The notes under the pieces are model-generated. The model did no database searches and was not told the origin of the DNA. It was given only the letters and a program-made list of their open reading frames with translations. A stretch of 63,874 bases of DNA, the filler included, from an uncultured Methanosarcinales archaeon (GTDB lineage: Archaea; Nanobdellota; Nanobdellia; Woesearchaeales; JABMPP01), in NCBI GenBank assembly GCA_964604995.1. It is 3 parts of 3 records of this genome, joined end to end, with 100 filler letters (N's around TTAATTAATTAA, not from the genome) between each part and the next. Parts side by side here need not be neighbours in the genome. Positions count along the whole stretch, not along the records: positions 29,768 to 59,077 come from CAZSAD010000022.1; 2 more parts are not named here. One strand, written 5' to 3'. A program made the translations under genes and the position numbers. Shown here in pieces: positions 30,414-39,106 of this stretch (position 1 is the stretch's first letter; every line of letters starts with the position of its first letter).

Positions 30414-31841
30414 TTAATTAATGCTCTCTTCCATAGAAATTTTTTCCAGATAATTTTCCGTATTTTCAATGAATTTGTCTTCATCTTCGCTTCTAATAAC
30501 ACAGCCAGCTGCATTGCTATGGCCGCCATGCTCTGCTAATGGCAATTTATCTGTTATTTTTTTGCAGATATCTTTTAGATTGTAAGGGTTATTTTTTCCA
30601 TTATGTCTTAATGATACTTTTGTCCAACCATCACCTTTTCTTGACATTGCAACTATTATTGAATTTTTTCGAATTAAATCGCTTCTTGATAAAATTGAAG
30701 ATATCGTACCAATTATTCCTGTTGAAATTTCTTTTTCACCATTAATTATTACATATCCTTCTCTTTGGAAAAAATTAAGAGAGCCTCTTTTTTCCTCTAG
30801 CCATCTCATGGCAGACATTATCGAATAATGATATTCATTAAGATATTTTACAGCAAGATTTTTTGCTTCTAAATCTCCTAAGCATGCAGCAACACCAATT
30901 GAAGTATGGCTTAATCTTCCTGCAGCATTTATAATAGTTGAAAATTCTCTTGCATCTTTAAATGGTGAATCATGCGATTCATTTTTTATAACATAAATAT
31001 TGCCTATAATGCTGCTCGGATCATTTTCATTTTTTCTTTTTTCAATTATTGCATCAGCTAATTTTTGAGTTTCTAAATCAGTTAATTGAGATATTTTTTT
31101 CCATTCCCCTTTACTATTTTTTGATGTTATTCCAATTTCAGATAAAAACTTTAGAGCATTAGTTTCATTGCCAGTTATTTCTGGAATAAAATAATCAGTA
31201 TTATATTCGAGTGCTTTATGAAGCGGCCTTGTATTTGCACCAAACAATCTAAGTCCTGAAGTCAAAGCCATTTTGCCGATTTTAATTGCATCGGATAAAA
31301 TGTCAGCATTAAGTCCAAAAAATCCTTCATCTTCTTGCTGGTCAGCAATTGCACCTAAAATTGCAAGATGCGCATAATCAATCATTCTTGAATTAATTGC
31401 CTTTGCAAAAAAATAGGATACGCCTGAACCACTAATTTCCAATTCACCATCAATTCCTAAAATTAAAGGATTTATTTGTATAATATTTTGATTTTGTAGT
31501 AAACTTTGTTTTGGTGGTTGATGATGGTCTAAAATAAAAATTGTATTTTTATTTAATAGCTCTTCCATAATTGGAAGTTGACTTGAACCAATATCCACAA
31601 ATATATTTATCTCATATTCTTCTTTACTTATCTCTTCAATAGTTTGTCTTGTTAAATGTTGCACATTAGAAATATGAAATTTTCTACCTTCTAAAGTTAA
31701 TAACTTTGCAATTATTGCACTTGAACTTATTCCATCTGTGTCAAAATGACCCATAACTCTTATTGGTTTATCTTTTGGAATCTGCTTAAATCTTTCCGCA
31801 GCATTTTTTACAGCTTCTTTGAATTGTTCGTATTTATCCAT
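30414..31841 (-). CDS. DHH/DHHA1 phosphoesterase (RecJ/GAN-like)
   Basis: HFDTDG, DIGS, LDHH, GA.AD.Q, GGH..AAG; adjacent to rps15 as in many archaea. Confidence 0.92.
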   Translation of the reverse strand: MDKYEQFKEAVKNAAERFKQIPKDKPIRVMGHFDTDGISSSAIIAKLLTLEGRKFHISNVQHLTRQTIEEISKEEYEINIFVDIGSSQLPIMEELLNKNTIFILDHHQPPKQSLLQNQNIIQINPLILGIDGELEISGSGVSYFFAKAINSRMIDYAHLAILGAIADQQEDEGFFGLNADILSDAIKIGKMALTSGLRLFGANTRPLHKALEYNTDYFIPEITGNETNALKFLSEIGITSKNSKGEWKKISQLTDLETQKLADAIIEKRKNENDPSSIIGNIYVIKNESHDSPFKDAREFSTIINAAGRLSHTSIGVAACLGDLEAKNLAVKYLNEYHYSIMSAMRWLEEKRGSLNFFQREGYVIINGEKEISTGIIGTISSILSRSDLIRKNSIIVAMSRKGDGWTKVSLRHNGKNNPYNLKDICKKITDKLPLAEHGGHSNAAGCVIRSEDEDKFIENTENYLEKISMEESIN

Positions 31842-31968
31842 GATAAATTATTATTCCATCATCTTTTTTATTATTTGTGTTATTAAACTATTTTAAACTA
31901 AACTATCTTAAACATTTTTTCAAAATAAAAATAAATTATAAAAAATAAAAAAATTAATTAAAAAATAA

Positions 31969-32430
31969 TTAATCTAATTCAACCAATAAACCTGCAGTTT
32001 TTGGATCGTATTTCCAATCTTGTGCAATTTTGCCATTTGCTTTATAATATTTCATAAGTCTTTTAATTTTCGACTCAGTTAATTGCAATCCTCTTAAAGC
32101 AGGCATATCTTGTTTATTGTTTTCTAAATGTTTTCTTACAAGAATTGCTTTTTTGATTAAATCAAGCATATCATAAGGCAATTTTGGTTTAAGATTATGT
32201 TCAGCTAAAATATCAGTTATGCTTTTTTCAAGCAAAATCTTGACAGCTGGTACCCCATAATTATCTCTTAAAACAATGCCTATTTGGGCTGATGTTTTGC
32301 CTTCTTTTGCAAGTTTTACTATCAATAGTTCAACTTCTTTGTGGCTTCTAGTCATCCAACCAGGAACCTTTTTGACAGCTGGCCTAACGCTGCCTGATTT
32401 GCCTTTCTTTCTTGAATGCATTCTGGCCAT
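31969..32430 (-). CDS. rps15: 30S ribosomal protein uS15 (archaeal S15/S13e)
   Basis: MARMHSRKKGKSGS, IG..LRD.YG, ESKI.RL.KYY. Confidence 0.98.
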   Translation of the reverse strand: MARMHSRKKGKSGSVRPAVKKVPGWMTRSHKEVELLIVKLAKEGKTSAQIGIVLRDNYGVPAVKILLEKSITDILAEHNLKPKLPYDMLDLIKKAILVRKHLENNKQDMPALRGLQLTESKIKRLMKYYKANGKIAQDWKYDPKTAGLLVELD

Positions 32431-32470
32431 ATTTTCGCCTCCTATTTACTTTATTTTTTATTTTAGTTTT

Positions 32471-32577
32471 TTCAAGTATGGTTTAAAGAGAATTCAAAAT
32501 TTACTGTGCAATATTTGCACAATCTCTTCGCCAGTTTACAAAAGCCAAATATTTACTTAACCGTTGCATCTCTTGAA
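32471..32577 (-). promoter_or_regulatory. Candidate structured leader of rps15
   Basis: Nested complementary blocks TTCAAG/CTTGAA, GGTT/AACC, AAGAGA/TCTCTT, TGTGCAA/TTGCACA. Confidence 0.4.
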
Positions 32578-32661
32578 TAAGTCATGGCATATTCATGGCT
32601 TTTTAAAGGTTACTAAAGAATAGATATTATATTTACACATATCTAGCTAATTTTTTTCAAA

Positions 32662-33243
32662 TCAACTAACATTCTTTTTAAGATTTAACATATTATAAAT
32701 TTCCATGTATCGTTTTTTAAAATTTTTGTTGAATATTATTCCTTCTTGCTTTATTTTTTCATCGACATAAAAACTTTTGTCAAGATATTGCTGGATAATA
32801 TCTATATCGTCAGGACAAATGTAGTATGTAAGGCCTAATTCAGTTTTATCATCAATTACTTTTGTTATTTCATAAATCATTAGATTTAATTGATTTAAAG
32901 GATTTGTTGAGTTAGATGTAAAATTAGTTAAATAATAAGAAATCCCATTTCTATAATTTTGCATTTCTTTTTTCTCTTCAAGTTCAAGATTTGTCGCCTT
33001 AACTGCATCAAAATGCATAAGAAGTGCTCTTATTCCATAATTATCTTCTTTATCTTTTATTTCTATGGTATCAAATATTTCTTCGCAGTTCTCTTTTAAA
33101 TTTAACTCTTGAATAAAATCAATTGATGACATTTTTGTATTACTATCTTTATCGTATCCTATTATTAATGATTTTATAAAATGTTCTGCCCTATCATCAT
33201 TACACATTTCACAAACTCGTTGATAAAGAGAGGATTCCATCAT
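32662..33243 (-). CDS. Hypothetical protein
   Basis: 193-aa ORF with no recognised motif. Confidence 0.6.
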   Translation of the reverse strand: MMESSLYQRVCEMCNDDRAEHFIKSLIIGYDKDSNTKMSSIDFIQELNLKENCEEIFDTIEIKDKEDNYGIRALLMHFDAVKATNLELEEKKEMQNYRNGISYYLTNFTSNSTNPLNQLNLMIYEITKVIDDKTELGLTYYICPDDIDIIQQYLDKSFYVDEKIKQEGIIFNKNFKKRYMEIYNMLNLKKNVS

Positions 33244-33451
33244 AATAATAAAATAGTATATACCTTTTTAAATCTTAAGAAGTTCAATGCTTTTTTAGAT
33301 TGAATATTAAAAACGCAGATTTTATAAGTTGGTGTAAAATCAATTAAAATATTTTAATATAATTTTATAGTGTACCAGCTAACTGGTTACGCTTAGGTTA
33401 ATAAGCAAAGTGGGTTTCGCTTCGCTCAAGCCCACTAATTAGTTTCAATTC

Positions 33452-33549
33452 AGCCCTGTAGTGTAGCGGCCAATCATGCGAGGCTCTGGATTCGAAGTTA
33501 TTTTCGGATGAGAAACCTTGCGACCCAGGTTCGAATCCTGGCAGGGCTA
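33452..33549 (+). tRNA. tRNA-Gln(CTG) with a 25-nt intron at 37/38 (33490-33514)
   Basis: AGCCCTG...CGAGG-CT-CTG-G|intron|A-CCTTG...GGTTCGAATCC...CAGGGCTA; relaxed bulge-helix-bulge. Confidence 0.93.
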
Positions 33550-33611
33550 TAATTCTATATAAATTAAACTCGGAGAAACTATAATTAAAAACCAAAATCT
33601 TTATATATCTA

Positions 33612-33634
33612 TAGTATATACTTTGAATATACTA
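33612..33634. promoter_or_regulatory. Palindromic operator upstream of the RHH antitoxin
   Basis: TAGTATAT-N7-ATATACTA just downstream of a TTTATATA box. Confidence 0.55.
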
Positions 33635-33651
33635 ATCAAAAGGTGATTTAG

Positions 33652-33912
33652 ATGGTTACTGAAATGATTTCATTAAAACTGGATAATATATTTTTGAAAG
33701 ATATAGATAATATTGTATCAAATAGTGGATACCAAAATAGAACTGAATTTATAAGAAATGCTTTAAGGGAAAAAGTCGAGGAAGTAAAATTAAAAGAAGC
33801 AATGATTTCACTGGGGCATCTTAAAGGAGCTTCTAAGAAAAAAACTACAGAAGAAACTTTAGAAAAACTTAGAACAAAAGCTTTTGAAGAATTAAATAGA
33901 AAGTCTAAATAA
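33652..33912 (+). CDS. CopG/RHH antitoxin-like protein
   Basis: ISLKL....L..ID.......Y.NRTEFIRNALRE. Confidence 0.85.
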   Translation: MVTEMISLKLDNIFLKDIDNIVSNSGYQNRTEFIRNALREKVEEVKLKEAMISLGHLKGASKKKTTEETLEKLRTKAFEELNRKSK

Positions 33913-34327
33913 GTTCTTCTGGTTTGTAATGCTTTGAAATATCTTCTAATTGTTTGAAATGCTTATCTCTTGTTATTAATATCAAATTATTATCTCTAGC
34001 AAGTATTGAATGCAAAGCATCTCCTGGAGGAAGGTTTCTTTTATTAGCAATCTTTTTTGCTTCTTCTCTTTGTTCTTTAGTTGTAATAACCTTTTCAGTA
34101 ATCTTTTCAAAAGGCTTAAACATCCCATTTATTTCGGAAAGTGAATAATTCATCTCTAGTTCTTTTAGCAATAAATCAGTTAAAACAATGATACTTTCTT
34201 GAATTTTAATGGTTGACAATAATTTTAATGCATAATCACCTAAAGGTTCATTGTAGAATCCTTTTCTATCTTCATATAGATCAATCCAAATGGAGGTATC
34301 AATAAGATATTTCTTCACCATATTCAT
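33905..34327 (-). CDS. PIN-domain (VapC-like) ribonuclease
   Basis: LIDTSIWI, ..EL, GDALH..LA, LITRDKHF. Confidence 0.9.
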   Translation of the reverse strand: MNMVKKYLIDTSIWIDLYEDRKGFYNEPLGDYALKLLSTIKIQESIIVLTDLLLKELEMNYSLSEINGMFKPFEKITEKVITTKEQREEAKKIANKRNLPPGDALHSILARDNNLILITRDKHFKQLEDISKHYKPEELI

Positions 34328-34439
34328 AATTAGAGCTTTAAGTGTTTATATAATTTTGGGAGTTAAAATCCGAAAGATTTTTGTGTTCCCAAAAAATAGA
34401 CAAATATGCCCAGCATTCTGGCAGGGCTATAATTCTATA

Positions 34440-35262
34440 GGGTAATAAAGATAGGTCTCAATTCTTTACGCCTTTATAAAAAGAATCGGAAAAAGGGTTA
34501 CTGTTCCTTTTCAATGATTTCAAGAATTTCTTTGAAATTAATTATTTGGTATTTTGCTGCTTTCTTGGCTATTTCATCACCATCATAGGCAATGCCGAAC
34601 CTGACTTTTTCAAAAACTTTTGCATCGTCCTTTCTATCGCCAATGGAGATAGCCTCGTTAGGCGATAGTTTTTCCTTTTCTAAAATCTTCATGGCTTCTG
34701 TAGCTTTATCATGTCCAAACTTCAATATCTTACCAGTAAAAACTCCTTGTTTGACTTCTAAAACAGTTCCACCTACATAATCAAATCCTAGGTTGTTCTG
34801 AAAGAGTTTTGCTAACTGAATCGGAATATTCGTTAATAACATAGTCTTTATGCCTTTCGCTTTGATTTTTTGAATCGTCTCTTTAACACCATCGTTAAAT
34901 TCAAATTTTTTGTAAACATTGGCTAAGTCTGCAAGTTTCAAGCCATTCCAACAGGCATAAGTTTTTGTTAATAATTCTTCCATGGAAATATCGCCTGAGG
35001 TGTATTTCGGATATATCTCTTTATAGACCTCTCCTTTACCCAAATAATCAGCACCAGAATTTGCGCCGCTACCTTTAACTAGCGTTCTGCTCATATCAAT
35101 GAATATTATCTTAATCATAATTTAGCTAAAGAGATTTGTCAACTTAAAAATGTTTCTGAATGTGAAAAATCATGACAAATGATGGATTAAGGGATTAAAA
35201 AGGATTAAAGATTAAGATATGCAAAGCTAAGCGTAAAAAATTGTCTTCCTTCCCTATTACCC
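34440..35262. mobile_element. Non-autonomous TIR element with a 14-bp TSD (casposon-like geometry)
   Basis: Ends GGGTAATA...TATTACCC; flanked by GCTATAATTCTATA (34426-34439) and GCTATTATTCTATA (35263-35276). Confidence 0.65.
34498..35118 (-). CDS. HAD hydrolase (SerB-like), cargo of the TIR element
   Basis: FIDMSRTL (variant motif I), LLT, K, IGD...D. Confidence 0.85.
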   Translation of the reverse strand: MIKIIFIDMSRTLVKGSGANSGADYLGKGEVYKEIYPKYTSGDISMEELLTKTYACWNGLKLADLANVYKKFEFNDGVKETIQKIKAKGIKTMLLTNIPIQLAKLFQNNLGFDYVGGTVLEVKQGVFTGKILKFGHDKATEAMKILEKEKLSPNEAISIGDRKDDAKVFEKVRFGIAYDGDEIAKKAAKYQIINFKEILEIIEKEQ

Positions 35263-36115
35263 GCTATTATTCTATATAAATTAAACTTAGAAAGGTACAG
35301 TTTGCGGTCTAATATTTTTTTGAGTTGATTTTAATTTTTTATAAAGTCCCTTTAAACAAAGATGCTTAAATTATGTTGATTTAGACAAGTGTTCCTCTGT
35401 CTTCTCCTACTTGGCCTTTGAGTCCTCTTATTACACTGTTTGCTATTGCTTTGCAGATTTTTCATTTATGTATAATTTATGATTTGATTTATTAAAATCA
35501 AGAAAGACATAACAAGAAAATAGAAGTACTAAATATGCATTAAAAATTATTTAATGATAATTTTATTTTTGCGAATTATTGCATTACCAGGTCTATGGCA
35601 GAGTGGACATATTAGAGAAAGTCCCCTAAGATTTACTTTCATGATTTTTTTGCGACAATGAATGCATATAATTGTTAAATCGTCTTTTCGTCTTTTCTTT
35701 GTTTTCTTCATTTGTTTCATAATATTAAAATCTATAATATTTACATGTAATTATAATGGTTTAGTAGAAGAAATCAATTAAAAACCAAAGTTTAATTGAA
35801 GATATCAATTAGGGTATAATAAGAAAATAAAAAAATTGTTGCTGTAATTTTAGATAGTTTTCTTTTTCATAGTTATTTTTTTGTAGCAAATCTTTTATCT
35901 GCTCCATTTTTTGTGTCGTTCTTCTAATCTCACTCCCACTTATTTTTACTGAAGTTTTAATGAAACTATATAATGAAATCACATCTATTCATATTTACCT
36001 GTTATTTGTTAAATCTGAAAATTAAATTTAAAATATTTACACTTTTTGATTTGTAACTACTTTATAATAGATAATTTATTAAAGCATTCCTATTTTCCAA
36101 TTTAAGTGGTTATAA

Positions 36116-37090
36116 ATGAAAGAACTCTCTTTTAATAAAAATAAATTATTGGAAAAATATAATCCCATCTTTGCAATGGCTTATGGGTCTGGGATATTTA
36201 AACAAAAAGGATATTCAACTAATGCTAAACCAATGCTTGATTTTGTATTCGGAGTCGATAATACAAATTGGCACGTAAATAATTATGTTCAAAACAAAGA
36301 AGATTATTCTTTAATTATGGGATATATAATAAAAAGTTTAAATCAAAATCTGTTAGAAAAGATTCAACAAGCCGGAGCCGGAGTGTTTTATAACCCACTA
36401 ATTCCTTTTGAAGATCAAAAAATAAAGTATGGTGTTATTATGAACAGTACTTTAATTGATGATTTAATACGCTGGGATTCACTTTATATTGCAGGAAGAT
36501 TACATAAACCAACATTTATTTTCAAATCAACTCCAAAAATAGATGAAGCAATAAAAATTAATCTTGAAAGTGTAGTCAATGTTTCACTTTTGATGCTCCC
36601 AGAAAAATTTACAAAAGATGAGTTAGGAATTATGATAACAAAAATATCCTATTTGGGAGATACCAGGGGACTATTTGAAAATCCTCAAAAAATAAAAAAT
36701 ATTTATGAGCCCAATAAAGAAGAGTTCGATAAAATTTACCATGACACACTACAAAATAAATGTTTTAAGAATGCGATTGCTTTTTTGAATGATGATTGCA
36801 TACAACAGAACATGGATTTGGAAATTAGGGATAACCTACACAAAAGTCTTCCATCAAATCTTTTTAATGTTAATCCTGATTTTAGGTTCAATTTTCCTTC
36901 TAAGACAAAAGAAGACTATAGTTTACACTTGAGAAACTCGATATCGGCAATTGTAAAGGCTTCTAGTGGAGCCCAGACAATGAAAGGAATACTTACAGCA
37001 GGGCCTATCAAATCAGTAAAATACGCTTTTCCTAAAGTGTATAAAGGTATTGCACCACGAATAAAAAGTTTTTTCAAATTTAATCAATAA
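36116..37090 (+). CDS. Tam41/Mmp37-family phosphatidate cytidylyltransferase homolog
   Basis: AYGSG.F.Q, MLDFVF.V, WH..N...N..DYS, GAGV.YN, KYGV, L..DL..W..LY.AGRLHKP, SY.GD.R..ENP.K..NI, SS..QT.KGILTAG..KS..YA..K. Confidence 0.88.
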   Translation: MKELSFNKNKLLEKYNPIFAMAYGSGIFKQKGYSTNAKPMLDFVFGVDNTNWHVNNYVQNKEDYSLIMGYIIKSLNQNLLEKIQQAGAGVFYNPLIPFEDQKIKYGVIMNSTLIDDLIRWDSLYIAGRLHKPTFIFKSTPKIDEAIKINLESVVNVSLLMLPEKFTKDELGIMITKISYLGDTRGLFENPQKIKNIYEPNKEEFDKIYHDTLQNKCFKNAIAFLNDDCIQQNMDLEIRDNLHKSLPSNLFNVNPDFRFNFPSKTKEDYSLHLRNSISAIVKASSGAQTMKGILTAGPIKSVKYAFPKVYKGIAPRIKSFFKFNQ

Positions 37091-37120
37091 GAAATAATTA
37101 ATCTTTTTTACTAGTATTTT

Positions 37121-39073
37121 TTACAAAATATCAACTAATTTTATACACATTTTTATTGCACTGCTGCAATTATCCATTTTTTTTGAAAGTTCAGAATCAT
37201 TTGTTGCTTTTTTTATTTGCAAAACTTTATCTAAAGTAGTTCTATAAAATTTTAATAAATCTCCTTCTGATAATTGTGTGTTTTCAATAACTTTAAAAAT
37301 ATCTTCACCATGAAAACAAGGATAAATCATTGCTGACATCTTAACAAGATTACTAAATCTTATTTCATATCTAAGATAATCATTTTCATCTATCTTAAAT
37401 TTTAAATTTTCTATTATTTTACTCGGATATAATTGTTTAAATTCATTTGTATCTGAAGATTCATAACAAATGCATGCTATTAACAAAAGTAATTCATATT
37501 CCGTTAAATCTTTAGAAAATTCACCAAAAAATATTTCACCAATTAAAAATTCATTGCTATATATTTTCGATATAAAAATACCTTTTTCTGTAAGAGAATC
37601 ATTTTTTAAGTATCCCATTTTGGTTAATTTTTTCTTTAAATTTTCAAATGCACTATGGCTTTTCATATTTTTCATTTGATCGTATTTTTCACCATATTTT
37701 TGGTATGAATCAAAACTTTCGCATAAAATCTCATCAATTTGTGCAGTTGAATGTCTTAAAATCATATTTAAAACCGTATTTGGGGAAATTTTGAATTGCG
37801 AACGTATTGGTTCAATATCTTTAGAAATTATTTTTTTAATTTTGCTATATTCAAAATCATTTCTATTTATCATAGGAATAACATAACCAATTTCATCTAT
37901 ACCTCTACGTCCAGCTCTACCAGCAATTTGGAAAAATTCTTTTGATGAAACATCTCTAAAATTAATTCCATCAAATTTTCGAAGTGCTTCAAAGCAAACA
38001 GTTTTTGCAGGCATGTTAATTCCTACTGCAAATGTTTCAGTAGTATACAAAACTTTAATTAAACCCAAAGAAAATAATTCTTCAACAATATCTTTTAAAA
38101 TTGGTATAAGGCCGGCATGATGAAATCCTATTCCTTTGGCTAATGTTTTTTTAAGAAGAATTGTGGATTTTAATGTGTTTATTTCTGGAGGAGATTCTTT
38201 TAATTTTTTTATTACTATTTTTATTATTTCCCCATTAGGTTCAAATAAATTAGAATTAGTTAATTCTTCTGCCATTTTTTCACATTTAGATCTTGAAAAA
38301 CTAAAAAATAAACATGGCAGTTTATCATAAATATCTTTTATAAGTTCAATATGTGAAGGTGCTTTAATTCTTTTATAATCATATTTTGAGTTTCCCATAA
38401 AACTTCGTCTTCTAATTCCTTGTTTCATAGCACCATAATAATCAGGTATTTCTAAAATTTCTTTAATTTCATCTAATTCACAAATGCCAAGTTCAACATC
38501 AAAAAAATTTGTTTTTAGTGGGATTGGTCTTTTGTTATGTTCAATAACCTCGACTTTGTGATTTTTTATAACACTAATCCAATTAGCGAACTCTTTTGCA
38601 TTAGGGATAGTTGCAGAAAGACACAAGAATCTAGTATTTTGTTTTGAAAATATTATTGATTCTTCCCAAACATAACCTCTTTCAATATCACTTATAAAAT
38701 GAATTTCATCAAAAATTACATAAGATAAATTATTGATTATATCATCATTTGACATGAGCATATTTCTATAAATCTCAGTTGTCATTATAAGAATGGTAGC
38801 ATTTGGATTTTTTACAGTATCTCCCGTTAGTAACCCTATATTTTCTTCACCATAATCAAAGCAAAAATCTTTGTATTTTTGATTTGAAAGCGCTTTAATT
38901 GGCGCAGTATAAATCACTTTAGTTTTCTTTTCAATATCACGACTAATGATATAATCAGCAATTAAAGTTTTTCCAGAACCTGTTGGAGCACTAACTATTA
39001 CAGAATTATTTTTTTCAATTGCTAAAATGGCATCTTCTTGAAATTTATCAAGTTGCAATCCTTTGAAAATCAT
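37121..39073 (-). CDS. Ski2/HelY-like DExH helicase
   Basis: APTGSGKT, PIKALSNQK, DEIH, LSAT, HHAG, TETFAVGINMPA, Q.AGRAGRRG. Confidence 0.93.
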   Translation of the reverse strand: MIFKGLQLDKFQEDAILAIEKNNSVIVSAPTGSGKTLIADYIISRDIEKKTKVIYTAPIKALSNQKYKDFCFDYGEENIGLLTGDTVKNPNATILIMTTEIYRNMLMSNDDIINNLSYVIFDEIHFISDIERGYVWEESIIFSKQNTRFLCLSATIPNAKEFANWISVIKNHKVEVIEHNKRPIPLKTNFFDVELGICELDEIKEILEIPDYYGAMKQGIRRRSFMGNSKYDYKRIKAPSHIELIKDIYDKLPCLFFSFSRSKCEKMAEELTNSNLFEPNGEIIKIVIKKLKESPPEINTLKSTILLKKTLAKGIGFHHAGLIPILKDIVEELFSLGLIKVLYTTETFAVGINMPAKTVCFEALRKFDGINFRDVSSKEFFQIAGRAGRRGIDEIGYVIPMINRNDFEYSKIKKIISKDIEPIRSQFKISPNTVLNMILRHSTAQIDEILCESFDSYQKYGEKYDQMKNMKSHSAFENLKKKLTKMGYLKNDSLTEKGIFISKIYSNEFLIGEIFFGEFSKDLTEYELLLLIACICYESSDTNEFKQLYPSKIIENLKFKIDENDYLRYEIRFSNLVKMSAMIYPCFHGEDIFKVIENTQLSEGDLLKFYRTTLDKVLQIKKATNDSELSKKMDNCSSAIKMCIKLVDIL

Positions 39074-39106
39074 TTTAAATTAAAAATACTCCTTCCTATC
39101 TTCTTC

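Larger units (their letters stand above)
33538..34439. mobile_element. tRNA-Gln-anchored mini-island bounded by a direct repeat
   Basis: CTGGCAGGGCTATAATTCTATA (22 bp) at 33538-33559 and 34418-34439. Confidence 0.8.

Noticed and set aside
33398..33595. 65-aa minus-strand ORF
   Set aside because: It is the antisense of the tRNA-Gln gene.
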